Sequence record: NC_028749.1
Source: Brevibacillus phage Sundance
Strand: one strand, 5' to 3'
DNA: 24,000 nt
The notes under the pieces: generated by a model
The model's input: the letters and a program-made list of their open reading frames with translations, nothing else
The model's database searches: none
Told to the model about the DNA's origin: nothing
Made by a program: the position numbers and the translations under genes
In this document: piece after piece, positions 8,489-17,207 of the stretch
Layout of the letters: the number at the start of each line of letters is the position of its first letter
Numbering within the stretch: the stretch's first letter is position 1

Positions 8489-9457
8489 TCACTCTGGATA
8501 CAACTCTGCAACTGTATCCACATTCAAGAAATCTCTGAGCGACCACTTGTATTTAATTCCATAATGTTCGCAAATTTCATCTATTTGTTTTCTCCCAATT
8601 TCACCATCTCGCTTATAAAGCTTATATGCCATATGTATCATCCCACTGCGAGTAATGTTCTTTGATGTTAGCGCGTTCGAGTATTCTTTGAACGCATCCA
8701 ATTTTTGCATCATTTCTAAACGTGTATATATAGTATAATGACTCACCTTCTTCCCCTCTTTGTCTTTGTTGGTCTTAGCACTTTTTAATATGTAGTCGGA
8801 TTTTGGAAGCGCAACAAAATCTTTCACTTTTTCGTGATAGTCAAAATTTCCATTCAGCTTTGCATACTCTTCTTCCTTGTTGGCTAGAATAGCCATCTCA
8901 ATTGTTTTATCTTCAACGTCGATTACTCGCTTAATATTTCCTTTCCCATCACGTAGAGAAATTTTATTATTTACTGCATCTATGTCAGTTATTTTCAATC
9001 CAGTTAATTCACAAACCTGCGTTCCCTGTATTCCTTCCCAAAGCGCTTGTACAATAAAACCGTCTTGTCTGTTAACCAATTCACGAAGAATATCATCTTT
9101 CTCATAAACATTTATGTAAAGTTTGTTTTCCTGTACAAAGCTATAAAAATACTCTTGTCTTCTACGTATCGGATTCGATATATGTTCAGAAAAATTATTA
9201 TCTATAGACCACTGAATATATGAACTCAAAACATTGCAATATGTTCTAGCACTTTCTTTAGTTTTTGGCTTTAGTTGATTTTCGATAAAAATTGCTAAAT
9301 CTTCTTCACCAAAATTATAGAGGTCTTTATTTCTTTTCTGCTCCATTTCAGCAGACTTTTTAAAAATTCTTGAATACACATCTTTCGTATCATCATTATC
9401 GAACCTATTTAAAAACAATTCTTTAACTGAGCTGTTGAAAAATACCTCAATGGTCAC
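8489..9457 (-). CDS. Tyrosine-recombinase-like protein, apparently catalytically inactive; MrpR/YopR-like SPbeta-type lytic repressor
   Basis: Integrase-like architecture (AYCNVLSSYIQWSI..., VCELTGLKITDIDAVNN, ITRSGMIHMAYKLYKRDG) but no recognisable C-terminal catalytic Tyr context and no clear first catalytic Arg; GTG start with GGGAG RBS; beside immunity genes. Confidence 0.7.
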   Translation of the reverse strand: MTIEVFFNSSVKELFLNRFDNDDTKDVYSRIFKKSAEMEQKRNKDLYNFGEEDLAIFIENQLKPKTKESARTYCNVLSSYIQWSIDNNFSEHISNPIRRRQEYFYSFVQENKLYINVYEKDDILRELVNRQDGFIVQALWEGIQGTQVCELTGLKITDIDAVNNKISLRDGKGNIKRVIDVEDKTIEMAILANKEEEYAKLNGNFDYHEKVKDFVALPKSDYILKSAKTNKDKEGKKVSHYTIYTRLEMMQKLDAFKEYSNALTSKNITRSGMIHMAYKLYKRDGEIGRKQIDEICEHYGIKYKWSLRDFLNVDTVAELYPE

Positions 9458-9498
9458 GATTGATTACACTCCCTTGTATTTATTCCCTTTGCCCTTTT

Positions 9499-9541
9499 AT
9501 TATACCCTCGAAATAGATTTTACATTCCCCTTATGTAAAAT
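9499..9541 (-). promoter_or_regulatory. Promoter region of the MrpR-like gene: TATAAT -10 (9499-9504) and perfect inverted repeat ATTTTACAT-N7-ATGTAAAAT (9517-9541)
   Basis: Direct reading; inverted repeat overlaps the expected -35 region. Confidence 0.55.
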
Positions 9542-9568
9542 TATATAACAAATAAAAAGAAAAGGCAA

Positions 9569-9604
9569 AGGGTGTTTTTGAGATGTAGTCAACTCGCACA
9601 CCCT
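9569..9604 (-). terminator. Terminator-like hairpin downstream of DUF262 gene
   Basis: AGGGTGT...ACACCCT with inner GAG/CTC, followed on - strand by T-rich tract. Confidence 0.5.
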
Positions 9605-9679
9605 ATTTATCATGATGTCTCCCTCGTTTGTCCGCCTTATTCTCTACTTTCTGTATCTATCTCTAATAGGCATTTTATT

Positions 9680-11008
9680 TTATTCATCTTCATTTTCTGT
9701 ATCTTCGTCATCTTCATTGCCTTCATTAATTTCATTTTCTTTATTATTCACATTGTTTATTTCAGCTAATTCCTTATCGAATTCTTCAACAGCCTTGAAT
9801 GTATTATTTGCGTTTTTAAGCATTTCAACGAATTTATCAAACGCTTTATTCATTTCATGCAAACGTATGATGACATTATCTTTCTTAGAAGAGCCAGCTT
9901 GGCAAGACGCTCCATAATCACTTTCGACACTATAGTTTGTAACTAAGAAACTACGAATAAAGTCTCCAAATCGAGGTGCTGGCATCTTAATTGCAATAGC
10001 CTTTTGAGCAACTTGGAAGATAATTGGCACATGTATTTTCTTTAAAGATTTTTTGAGTTCGCTACCATCAAAATCATCAACAGCTTGTGAGAGATATTTT
10101 GAAGTTTCCTCAAACTTAACAACCAGTTCGTCAGAAAGAACCTGTTGAGACTCCTTTAAACGAAGAACAAAATCCTTGATATGACTAGAACCAAAACCTT
10201 TAAGCTTCTCAACGCCTTCTTCTATTAGCATAGAAATTTGTAAGATAATTTCTTGGTCTACAAATCGGTCACGCGCCTTTTTCGTCATAGCAATATCTCT
10301 TGCGAAAAAGTCAAGACTGGAAATATGATTGATAGTTTCAATAAGTTCGGAATGCATCGCTCTTGTTAATTCAATTTTAGATAAACTCGAACCACTGTTC
10401 AAACGAACAAACATCTCGTCGCGCTCTTCGTCTGTCATATTTTCCATTTTGATGATTTGAATTGTTTCATCATCAATGACATCTCTCATGTCTTCTGGCA
10501 AGTCCATATACTTGCACCCTGCAATTTTATGACCAAATACATCAGGGGTATCTTTTGCCAAAGCCCAATCGCCATTTCGGAAAGTCATGATTGTATGACC
10601 TACACGTTGGCGACCATCCAAGAACCAGATATTATCGTCGTTCTTATCTTCGCTTGCCTGAACATATACAGGGGGCACAGGATAACCATAAAGTAGAGTG
10701 TGTATCAATTTGGAGCGTTGATAATTTGTCCAGACATCATTGCGCTGAATTGTTAAATCAAATCGGAGCAAACCTTTTTTCCAATCTTTATATAGAGATT
10801 TTACTGTGCGATTGGTGGAAGATTTTTTAAGGCGAGTTTTGCGAACAAAAGGGGCAATTGCTTTATTTTCGGAATCTTGTAAGTTAGGATTTACACTCTC
10901 TTTGGCAACAACATCAACTTTTTTGTCTTTAACTTTTGGAGTGACTTCTTTTAGGTCTTTATTACTATCAGTTTTTACAATTACATCTGCATTTTTAACA
11001 TTTGACAT
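9680..11008 (-). CDS. DUF262/ParB-like nuclease-domain protein with acidic C-terminal tail
   Basis: YQRSKLIHTLLYGYPVPPVYV...WFLDGRQRVGHTI matches the DUF262/ParB-like pattern; start MSNVKNAD preferred over ORF-track start 11026. Confidence 0.75.
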   Translation of the reverse strand: MSNVKNADVIVKTDSNKDLKEVTPKVKDKKVDVVAKESVNPNLQDSENKAIAPFVRKTRLKKSSTNRTVKSLYKDWKKGLLRFDLTIQRNDVWTNYQRSKLIHTLLYGYPVPPVYVQASEDKNDDNIWFLDGRQRVGHTIMTFRNGDWALAKDTPDVFGHKIAGCKYMDLPEDMRDVIDDETIQIIKMENMTDEERDEMFVRLNSGSSLSKIELTRAMHSELIETINHISSLDFFARDIAMTKKARDRFVDQEIILQISMLIEEGVEKLKGFGSSHIKDFVLRLKESQQVLSDELVVKFEETSKYLSQAVDDFDGSELKKSLKKIHVPIIFQVAQKAIAIKMPAPRFGDFIRSFLVTNYSVESDYGASCQAGSSKKDNVIIRLHEMNKAFDKFVEMLKNANNTFKAVEEFDKELAEINNVNNKENEINEGNEDDEDTENEDE

Positions 11009-11069
11009 AATGTTTCCACCCTTCACTTCTTCGTATTTTATATTTTTATTAAGACTTTTTATGGCTTTA

Positions 11070-11213
11070 CTAATTTCCTATTGATTTTACAAGTATTATA
11101 AAAACAATAAATATAATATAAGTGATGAGAATATCCTTTGTGAATGCTATTCCAGTAGCCTTTCGATGTATTCTTGAAATTAGCCATTCCTCTTCGTCAT
11201 CATTCACATTCAT
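11070..11213 (-). CDS. Small membrane protein, 47 aa (MNVNDDEEEWLISRIHRKATGIAFTKDILITYIIFIVFIILVKSIGN), not in ORF track
   Basis: Read from sequence; AAGGTG RBS; one TM helix. Confidence 0.5.
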   Translation of the reverse strand: MNVNDDEEEWLISRIHRKATGIAFTKDILITYIIFIVFIILVKSIGN

Positions 11214-11314
11214 CACCTTCTTTACAACCATTATAGCACAATTCTAAAATATGTATACTAATCATCAATAAATTGTGATAAATATTTCCTGTTGTTATAA
11301 GATGAATTCCCTTA

Positions 11315-11353
11315 CATATATTAATGTAATTTAGGAACAAAAAATCACACACC
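11315..11353 (-). promoter_or_regulatory. 39-bp element copy (ACATATATTAATGTAA-N16-CACACAC)
   Basis: Matches family; upstream of 11213 and 11008 genes. Confidence 0.85.
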
Positions 11354-11686
11354 CTTTATGGAAAAACTTGGACAATAATAATCCCCAAGATACTCTTTTC
11401 TGTACTCTTCTAGCACATCAGGATGAATTCTACGAGCGACACGAAAAATTTCATTTTCATCTATTTCTAAGTATTGTGCTAATCGAATCAGCATATCATC
11501 GTTAGGGAAATTGTCTCCATTGATGACACCACTAAACCAAGTGCCACTGACACCAAGCACTTCTTTTGCCATGTAATTCCTTGAAAGCCTTCTTCCACTT
11601 TTGATTTTGCCAGACCTCTTCAAGTGTGACTCTCTTTGTGCCATCTTGCATTCAATATATCTCCCCAACTCTACTGCTATATTCAT
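11345..11686 (-). CDS. Cro/XRE-like HTH protein, 113 aa
   Basis: YMAKEVLGVSGTWFSGVINGDNFPNDDMLIRLAQYLEIDENEIFRVAR. Confidence 0.75.
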   Translation of the reverse strand: MNIAVELGRYIECKMAQRESHLKRSGKIKSGRRLSRNYMAKEVLGVSGTWFSGVINGDNFPNDDMLIRLAQYLEIDENEIFRVARRIHPDVLEEYRKEYLGDYYCPSFSIKGV

Positions 11687-11760
11687 TCAGTATCAACTTC
11701 TCGGAAGAATGATATAATGTTAAGTTCCTCAATGACCTCTTCCCAAATACGATTACCCAT
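11683..11760 (-). CDS. Short ORF, 25 aa (MGNRIWEEVIEELNIISFFREVDTE), not in ORF track
   Basis: AGGAAAGG RBS; ATGA overlap with the HTH gene suggests translational coupling. Confidence 0.4.
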   Translation of the reverse strand: MGNRIWEEVIEELNIISFFREVDTE

Positions 11761-11786
11761 AATACCTTTCTCCTCTCGTTTTATCT

Positions 11787-11825
11787 TCATATATTAATGT
11801 AGTTTTCAATCGAAAAATCACACAC
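11787..11825 (-). promoter_or_regulatory. 39-bp element copy
   Basis: TCATATATTAATGTAG-N16-CACACAC. Confidence 0.85.
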
Positions 11826-11918
11826 AAATTAAAAATACCTGTCAAATAATTGAGCATGTAATTCACTCACATACTCAATTATTTGACAGGTATTCATCTT
11901 AAAGTGTTAATTGTTACT

Positions 11919-12542
11919 TTATACTTTATATGTCTTTGGAGCTACATCCCCAATGCCTTTTGTGTGTGGTTCAACCCAAATGGTTTTTCCACTTTTATAG
12001 TGTCTCCAATGACCTTTTACGCGCCAAGATTCAATGTGACGTTCATAAGTTCGTTTATCAAGTGTTGCGTAATGATTGAAGGTGTACTGAACTGAACTCA
12101 TTTTAACAGTTCTATTGCCCTTCTTCGCAGACTTTTTACGACTGGGCTTCTTTGTATGATTCTTTGTTATTTTTCTTTCTGTGACAGTGTGTACATTGTT
12201 GTTCATATATTGAAAAGTCGCCATCAGCAAGTGGACAAAGTGCTTTGCATTGGAAAGCTCCTGATTATTAATGGAATCATAGTTGGTATTAAAAGAAGCA
12301 ATAAGATTCTTTGATTCCCATTCATAAATTTTCAAGACCATGCTGTCTTCGTCAAATTTGAAATGAACGCCTGTGTGAAGTTCTCTCTTTAATAAATCAA
12401 TATAGTTGCTAGTAACCATGACCCCTTCCAACATTGGAAAGTCAACAGAGTTAAAACGATGATGATTTTTCTCATCCCAATCTAAAATTGTAACCACATC
12501 ATCTTCTGACAAAACAATTTTGTCTAGTCTGTCTAAGTTCAT
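11919..12542 (-). CDS. Phage protein, 207 aa, with C-terminal motif WRVKGHWRHYKSGKTIWVEPHTKG
   Basis: ORF; the basic linker and HWRxYKSGKxxWVxPHxKG signature recur in phage/mobile-element proteins (recalled). Confidence 0.75.
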   Translation of the reverse strand: MNLDRLDKIVLSEDDVVTILDWDEKNHHRFNSVDFPMLEGVMVTSNYIDLLKRELHTGVHFKFDEDSMVLKIYEWESKNLIASFNTNYDSINNQELSNAKHFVHLLMATFQYMNNNVHTVTERKITKNHTKKPSRKKSAKKGNRTVKMSSVQYTFNHYATLDKRTYERHIESWRVKGHWRHYKSGKTIWVEPHTKGIGDVAPKTYKV

Positions 12543-12590
12543 ATCTTAACACCCCTTTCATTTATATTCACAATCAGAAAATCTCACACC

Positions 12591-12758
12591 TTAGTAAGAA
12601 TCAATGAAATCTTTTGCCTCTTGTAATGTTCCTGCTTCATGCTCAGGATAGCGAAATCCTTCACCATAAATCCATTCATCAGCAGTATAAACGACGAAAT
12701 CATTTTCCACTTCCTTGATTTTAAAACCTTTATATGTAATTACATTGCTTTTACTCAT
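12591..12758 (-). CDS. Small hypothetical protein
   Basis: MSKSNVITYKGFKIKE start with GGAG RBS. Confidence 0.6.
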   Translation of the reverse strand: MSKSNVITYKGFKIKEVENDFVVYTADEWIYGEGFRYPEHEAGTLQEAKDFIDSY

Positions 12759-12792
12759 CTTAATAATTCTCCTTTCATGTTGAACCAAGGCT

Positions 12793-12960
12793 TTATTTAA
12801 ATTGTGAATTTATGCAGAACATATATAGCTCATTAACATCCTGATTACTCATTGCATCGAAACCACCTTTATCACGAACAATCTCATCAATGATTGGTTT
12901 AAGCTTTTTGCTTCTGTCAGCAATTATTTGAATTGCTTTAATCATATCGTGCTTGTCCAT
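12793..12960 (-). CDS. Small hypothetical protein, 55 aa (MDKHDMIKAIQIIADRSKKLKPIIDEIVRDKGGFDAMSNQDVNELYMFCINSQFK), not in ORF track
   Basis: Read from sequence; GGAG RBS 8 nt before ATG; fills an otherwise empty gap. Confidence 0.6.
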   Translation of the reverse strand: MDKHDMIKAIQIIADRSKKLKPIIDEIVRDKGGFDAMSNQDVNELYMFCINSQFK

Positions 12961-12997
12961 TTTTGATTCTCCATTCTCAATAAAAGTAAACTTCCAT

Positions 12998-13228
12998 TTA
13001 GAAGTCCATCATCAACTGCACTCTTTCAAAAGTGCTTAATTCTTTTTCTAAATCAGTAATTTTCACTCTAATCTTATCCATCTTAACCATAAGCATGTCA
13101 ATATCGGTTCCACTTATTTCTGATAGACTAGAATAAAAATCAATAACTTGCTTTGCTTCAACTTCCCAATCTGCAATCCTCTTTTTACTGTCTTTTTTCA
13201 TTTTTTGTAACTTTTCTTGATTGGTCAT
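12998..13228 (-). CDS. Small coiled-coil protein, 76 aa
   Basis: ORF track; AGGAGG-type RBS. Confidence 0.65.
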   Translation of the reverse strand: MTNQEKLQKMKKDSKKRIADWEVEAKQVIDFYSSLSEISGTDIDMLMVKMDKIRVKITDLEKELSTFERVQLMMDF

Positions 13229-13242
13229 TAATTATCCTCCTG

Positions 13243-13410
13243 TCATTTTCTTTCAACCTCTTCGATGATTTCATTCAACGGTTTACGTTCAGGCTCTTTC
13301 ATAATCTCAACTTGACCATTTATAATTGGAAAGTGTTTAAGAATATGTTCTTTCATCATTTGTGCCGAATCCTCTGTCGCCAGTGTTACAACTACTCTAT
13401 ATTTTTGCAT
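13243..13410 (-). CDS. Small hypothetical protein starting MQKYRVVVTLATEDS
   Basis: GGAGG RBS; ORF-track extension to 13569 runs through a 39-bp element, so is rejected. Confidence 0.65.
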   Translation of the reverse strand: MQKYRVVVTLATEDSAQMMKEHILKHFPIINGQVEIMKEPERKPLNEIIEEVERK

Positions 13411-13436
13411 ATTACAATCCTCCTTAATCTCTTCCT

Positions 13437-13475
13437 TCATATAATAATGTAAAGAAGCGATTGAAAAACACACGC
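13437..13475 (-). promoter_or_regulatory. 39-bp element copy
   Basis: TCATATAATAATGTAA-N16-CACACGC. Confidence 0.85.
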
Positions 13476-13672
13476 TATGCTTCAAAAACAATAAAGTTGT
13501 TTTTAAAATAAGATGATTTAGCTCCACCTTCGGAACCCTTGGCAATTGTTTGGGATTCCCCTTTATCATTGTACTGAATTACAATGTCACCATCAGAATT
13601 GACAATTGCACCATAATATCTTTTATGAGTTAAATTATCAATACCAGTATCTTTCTTCACTGTTACAATCAT
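13475..13672 (-). CDS. Small hypothetical protein starting MIVTVKKDTG
   Basis: ATGA overlap with upstream gene stop at 13669. Confidence 0.55.
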   Translation of the reverse strand: MIVTVKKDTGIDNLTHKRYYGAIVNSDGDIVIQYNDKGESQTIAKGSEGGAKSSYFKNNFIVFEA

Positions 13673-14067
13673 CCGAATACCAACTTCCCAAACAATGCAT
13701 ATTGTAGGATGCAATCAGCAGTTCCAGCGTCGCCCTGTTCCAAGTCACAATCATGAGGACGCTCAATGCAATTCAGCTTGTAACCATTGATAAGTTTGTC
13801 CAGTGTGATTACCCAATCTCTATCATCTTCGGTTTCTTCTTTGTCATATAGCTTTACAGGCTTGCCTTCCAGAATTAGTTTGGTTGACCATGTTGCCCAA
13901 GGCTCCCCCTTTGGTTTTGCCTTCATGTCGTCGGAAGAATCGTCCAAGCCCATCCAGTAATTACTTCCACCTTCAAAAGCAGTAACAATAATATCCTCAA
14001 TATCCTTTTCAGTCAGTGGTTTTTCGATAATTGCAGTCCCTACAACCTTATTTGTAAATTCCAACAT
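13669..14067 (-). CDS. Phage protein, about 132 aa (MLEFTNKVVGTAIIEKPLT...)
   Basis: ORF track, RBS AAAAGG. Confidence 0.7.
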   Translation of the reverse strand: MLEFTNKVVGTAIIEKPLTEKDIEDIIVTAFEGGSNYWMGLDDSSDDMKAKPKGEPWATWSTKLILEGKPVKLYDKEETEDDRDWVITLDKLINGYKLNCIERPHDCDLEQGDAGTADCILQYALFGKLVFG

Positions 14068-14092
14068 GTCTATCATCCTTTTCAATTTGTCT

Positions 14093-14131
14093 TCATATAT
14101 TAATGTAATTCAGGAACACAAAAACACACGC
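14093..14131 (-). promoter_or_regulatory. 39-bp element copy
   Basis: TCATATATTAATGTAA-N16-CACACGC. Confidence 0.88.
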
Positions 14132-14683
14132 TTAATGTAAAATTGGTTGTTTGTGTTTTGAAAAAATTTCATACAGGCAATTAATGTAACATTTTGCATT
14201 GTAAATAAAGTTGACTTCAATAAGCTCTTGATGCTCTTGCAAAAGATTATCTAGTGATTCGAAATAAACTTCTGGATGTTTCAATTGCAGATAAGCTTTT
14301 AAAGCAATGATTTCATTTATATCATCCCATTGCTTTGTAATGCCATGACCATAGAATGGGATATAAATCATTTGTTCACCAGCATGTGCCCCTGTCAACA
14401 TTTTTACAACACCCAAACCTAAGTCAGTAGCAAGACCAATATCAATTGTTTCTTTAACGTTAAAGAAAACAAAGTCTTCGCTACGTTCTTTCGGGAAAGG
14501 TGTAAAAGAATTTTCTAAAATGGTTTTCTTACCTAACAATCCTTTTTTAGAGAATGTTTCAATTGACATTAAATCAAAATCCTCAGTCATGACAGTGCTA
14601 GAAATAACAACAAAGTCAACGTCTTGCGTCAACTCTTTAGCGCATATCATTGATTTTACAAAATCGTAAATATCATGACTCAT
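14132..14683 (-). CDS. Hypothetical phage protein, about 183 aa (MSHDIYDFVKSM...)
   Basis: ORF; ATG at 14698 lies in the element, so an internal ATG after GGGAG is preferred. Confidence 0.7.
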   Translation of the reverse strand: MSHDIYDFVKSMICAKELTQDVDFVVISSTVMTEDFDLMSIETFSKKGLLGKKTILENSFTPFPKERSEDFVFFNVKETIDIGLATDLGLGVVKMLTGAHAGEQMIYIPFYGHGITKQWDDINEIIALKAYLQLKHPEVYFESLDNLLQEHQELIEVNFIYNAKCYINCLYEIFSKHKQPILH

Positions 14684-14694
14684 CATATCAACTC

Positions 14695-14733
14695 CCATAT
14701 ATTAATGTAATTCATAAATGCAAAAACACAAGT
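14695..14733 (-). promoter_or_regulatory. 39-bp element copy
   Basis: CCATATATTAATGTAA-N16-CACAAGT. Confidence 0.8.
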
Positions 14734-14780
14734 TCACGCATACCAGAAAATTTCTTACCTTTAAAATCTTGTTCTGTCAT
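14712..14780 (-). CDS. Short ORF, 22 aa (MTEQDFKGKKFSGMRELVFLHL)
   Basis: GGAGG RBS; overlaps the element. Confidence 0.3.
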   Translation of the reverse strand: MTEQDFKGKKFSGMRELVFLHL

Positions 14781-14802
14781 TTTACTTTCCCTCCATTCAA
14801 GT

Positions 14803-14994
14803 CTATGAATTACTTTGTGCCATTGGCATATAATGAACGTGTTCAAGACCTTTAAACCTCCATCCTATATTTCGACCTGAAACACTCAAATTCCTGCATC
14901 GCGCCTTTGCAATAACGATACTTTTTCCATATGTATTCTGTTTGAACATTTGCTCCATATACACTTTCCCATCAATAATATACTCAATAGTCAT
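14803..14994 (-). CDS. Small hypothetical protein, 63 aa
   Basis: AGGAGG RBS. Confidence 0.6.
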   Translation of the reverse strand: MTIEYIIDGKVYMEQMFKQNTYGKSIVIAKARCRNLSVSGRNIGWRFKGLEHVHYMPMAQSNS

Positions 14995-15046
14995 ATTATA
15001 CCTCCTATGAATATTGGTGTAAATAAAAAGCTAAGTTATGTACAAA

Positions 15047-15247
15047 CTAATCGTACTTTACTTGGCTCTCGTATGCTTCTTTTTCGCTGTGGTAAATATA
15101 ATAATCGTTTGAATCAGCTTCGACTATTGGTACGTCAGTAACAATCCAAATCTCATCAATTGTTGATTTTCCATCCAGACTTTCGTCTGGAATAGAATCT
15201 AATGAACCATAAAGAAAATCATGAACTAGATAAACTTTCTGTAACAT
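15047..15247 (-). CDS. Small acidic protein starting MLQKVYLVHDFLYG
   Basis: GGAGG RBS; ORF track extends to 15316. Confidence 0.6.
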   Translation of the reverse strand: MLQKVYLVHDFLYGSLDSIPDESLDGKSTIDEIWIVTDVPIVEADSNDYYIYHSEKEAYESQVKYD

Positions 15248-15275
15248 CAATACCGCCTCCAAAAATAATGCTGAC

Positions 15276-15710
15276 TTAACAATACTCATCGTCATTAATT
15301 TTGTAGCATCCCTCAAGTTTAATAGCTAGTCTATAACTAAAAGGATAGAAAAGTTCTAATTCCATTTCAGATAAAATCTCTTTCATTCTATTCAAAGATA
15401 CAAGCCCATAATCTTTTGTCAAAAATTGAGTAGAAGAGGCTGTTAGCTCTCCACCATCATGGATATTGATACTCAATAATCCCACAAACTCTTGCCCGAT
15501 TGCATTTTTAATTATTCCTGGTATTAAAGCGTAACCATCATCATCTTCGCAATCACTTGCATTAACAGTGTCTTCTCCATACACAGCCATAAAGCCTTTT
15601 TTGAAGTCATTCAATAGTTCATTTTGAAAATTTGGTTCTTCTACTTTTTCCATGTCAATATTCTTTATAATCAACTCAACAACATCTGCAAACGAATTAA
15701 ATTTACTCAT
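15276..15710 (-). CDS. Hypothetical phage protein, 144 aa
   Basis: ORF track. Confidence 0.7.
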   Translation of the reverse strand: MSKFNSFADVVELIIKNIDMEKVEEPNFQNELLNDFKKGFMAVYGEDTVNASDCEDDDGYALIPGIIKNAIGQEFVGLLSINIHDGGELTASSTQFLTKDYGLVSLNRMKEILSEMELELFYPFSYRLAIKLEGCYKINDDEYC

Positions 15711-15716
15711 TGTTAA

Positions 15717-15887
15717 TCATCCTTTCTTAACCCTTGTTTGTAATTTTATCATTTTATTACTGACTTTCATAAAAACATATGGATAACTATGTGTAGGTGC
15801 AAATGCTTCTATGCTCCAATTCTTAGACATTTCCTCAATTCTTCTTTTTGTTTCCAACTCAGATTTCTTTGTTAACCCACTTTCCAT
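15717..15887 (-). CDS. Small hypothetical protein, 56 aa (MESGLTKKSELETKRRIEEMSKNWSIEAFAPTHSYPYVFMKVSNKMIKLQTRVKKG), not in ORF track
   Basis: Read from sequence; fills gap between ORFs. Confidence 0.55.
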   Translation of the reverse strand: MESGLTKKSELETKRRIEEMSKNWSIEAFAPTHSYPYVFMKVSNKMIKLQTRVKKG

Positions 15888-15906
15888 ATTGCACCAACTT
15901 TCAATC

Positions 15907-16314
15907 TTATGATAATTTAGGCTTGTAATCAGCTATGTAAGAAACATTAAAGATGTCGTGGTCATTTGCACAGCCGTGACATAAATATCCATTGAAAGGG
16001 ATTTCTCTCGCGTCAATTTCATAAAGATTTATCCAACGTTTTCCACGATATAGTGCTGTTTCTACATTATTTCCACAACCAACGCATTCACAAGGAGACA
16101 CTTCAAATTGTTCACAGTATCCCATAGCTTGTTCTAATGAAGTTGCACTATCCCACAATTCGTATCCATCTTTTTCAACCTGTTCTCGCTTTATGACAAA
16201 ACGCTTCTCTTGCTTGTCTGATAGAAAAATCGCATGGGTGTTCCATTGGTCAATTTTTTTTGTGTATATATGTATAAAAGACGTTGATGGAGCATATGTT
16301 TTTGTTTCTTTCAT
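15907..16314 (-). CDS. Zn-ribbon-like phage protein, 135 aa
   Basis: CxCVGC...CHGC cysteine pattern. Confidence 0.7.
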   Translation of the reverse strand: MKETKTYAPSTSFIHIYTKKIDQWNTHAIFLSDKQEKRFVIKREQVEKDGYELWDSATSLEQAMGYCEQFEVSPCECVGCGNNVETALYRGKRWINLYEIDAREIPFNGYLCHGCANDHDIFNVSYIADYKPKLS

Positions 16315-16378
16315 CCTAATTCCTCCACTCTCTATTATTAGAAGAAAATAAAGTTATAGACTAAAACTGCTCATTTGT

Positions 16379-16594
16379 TCAGTCTTCATAATCAGCCCAA
16401 GCGCTCATGTCAACTGGTTCATTGCATTTTCCGCAATAAATATTGGCTTCAAACAAATTATCAATATTGTCTGGTTCAATATCATAAACCTTGTTGTGGC
16501 GCGAACCACCCTTTAAGTCAATTCGCTGTTTAGCTTTCACTGAAACTTCTGTATAAAAAAATCTACTTTCGCCACATGTACATTTATACTTCAT
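16379..16594 (-). CDS. Small zinc-ribbon protein
   Basis: YKCTCG...IYCGKC. Confidence 0.7.
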   Translation of the reverse strand: MKYKCTCGESRFFYTEVSVKAKQRIDLKGGSRHNKVYDIEPDNIDNLFEANIYCGKCNEPVDMSAWADYED

Positions 16595-16696
16595 GCCAAT
16601 TTCATCTCCCAATAATCAATCAGATTAGTCTAACACTTTATTTTCTCTGAACATCTATTCTGTAACAATAATCGCTACCTTAAATAGCCGCCACTT

Positions 16697-16936
16697 TTAA
16701 TTTCTGCGAACCTCATACCCTACAACATTAAATTCATCTTCATCTACTTCATCATAAATGGGTGTAATAATATATAATTCTTCGCTAGCCTCCATGTGAA
16801 ATTCACCTGTGCATTTCCAAGACTTGGTGAATGCTTCTCCATCCCAACCATTCAACGCAAATACTTCGCCATCAATTTCCACTAACTCTATATTATTGTC
16901 ATTCCACCAAGTGCCCTTAAATTTAAAATTATCCAT
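16697..16936 (-). CDS. Small hypothetical protein, 79 aa
   Basis: ORF track. Confidence 0.65.
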   Translation of the reverse strand: MDNFKFKGTWWNDNNIELVEIDGEVFALNGWDGEAFTKSWKCTGEFHMEASEELYIITPIYDEVDEDEFNVVGYEVRRN

Positions 16937-16980
16937 ATAAAGTCAACTCCCTCTCATTAAAAGATAAAATCACATTTTAT

Positions 16981-17166
16981 TTAGTTACCTAGATATACCC
17001 ATTTCGTGCCTTCTGGAGAATATTCCGTTTGATACCTGAATACCCTTTTTTCCTTCTCAACAATATAACGTGAAAATTTACTTGCTCTTGTTTCATCTGA
17101 AATAAAAATTTCACCATTTTTTATTAAATCTTCAACCAACTGTTTCGTTGTTCGATGGTATCCCAT
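16981..17166 (-). CDS. Small basic protein, 61 aa
   Basis: ORF track. Confidence 0.55.
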   Translation of the reverse strand: MGYHRTTKQLVEDLIKNGEIFISDETRASKFSRYIVEKEKRVFRYQTEYSPEGTKWVYLGN

Positions 17167-17207
17167 TGAATCTCAAGCCCCCATTCTCAATTAAAGTCAT
17201 ATTTTAT

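Noticed and set aside
8187-8546. Minus ORF of 119 aa opposite the membrane protein
   Set aside because: Overlaps the plus-strand gene, the terminator and the end of the repressor gene; unlikely coding.
12556-12588. Possible additional 39-bp element (TTCATTTATATTCACAATCAGAAAATCTCACACC)
   Set aside because: Shares words but the spacing is about 7 nt short and the TTACATTA core is lost.
14148-14190. TTAATGTAA words in 14132-14190
   Set aside because: Inside coding sequence and without the second block at the required distance.
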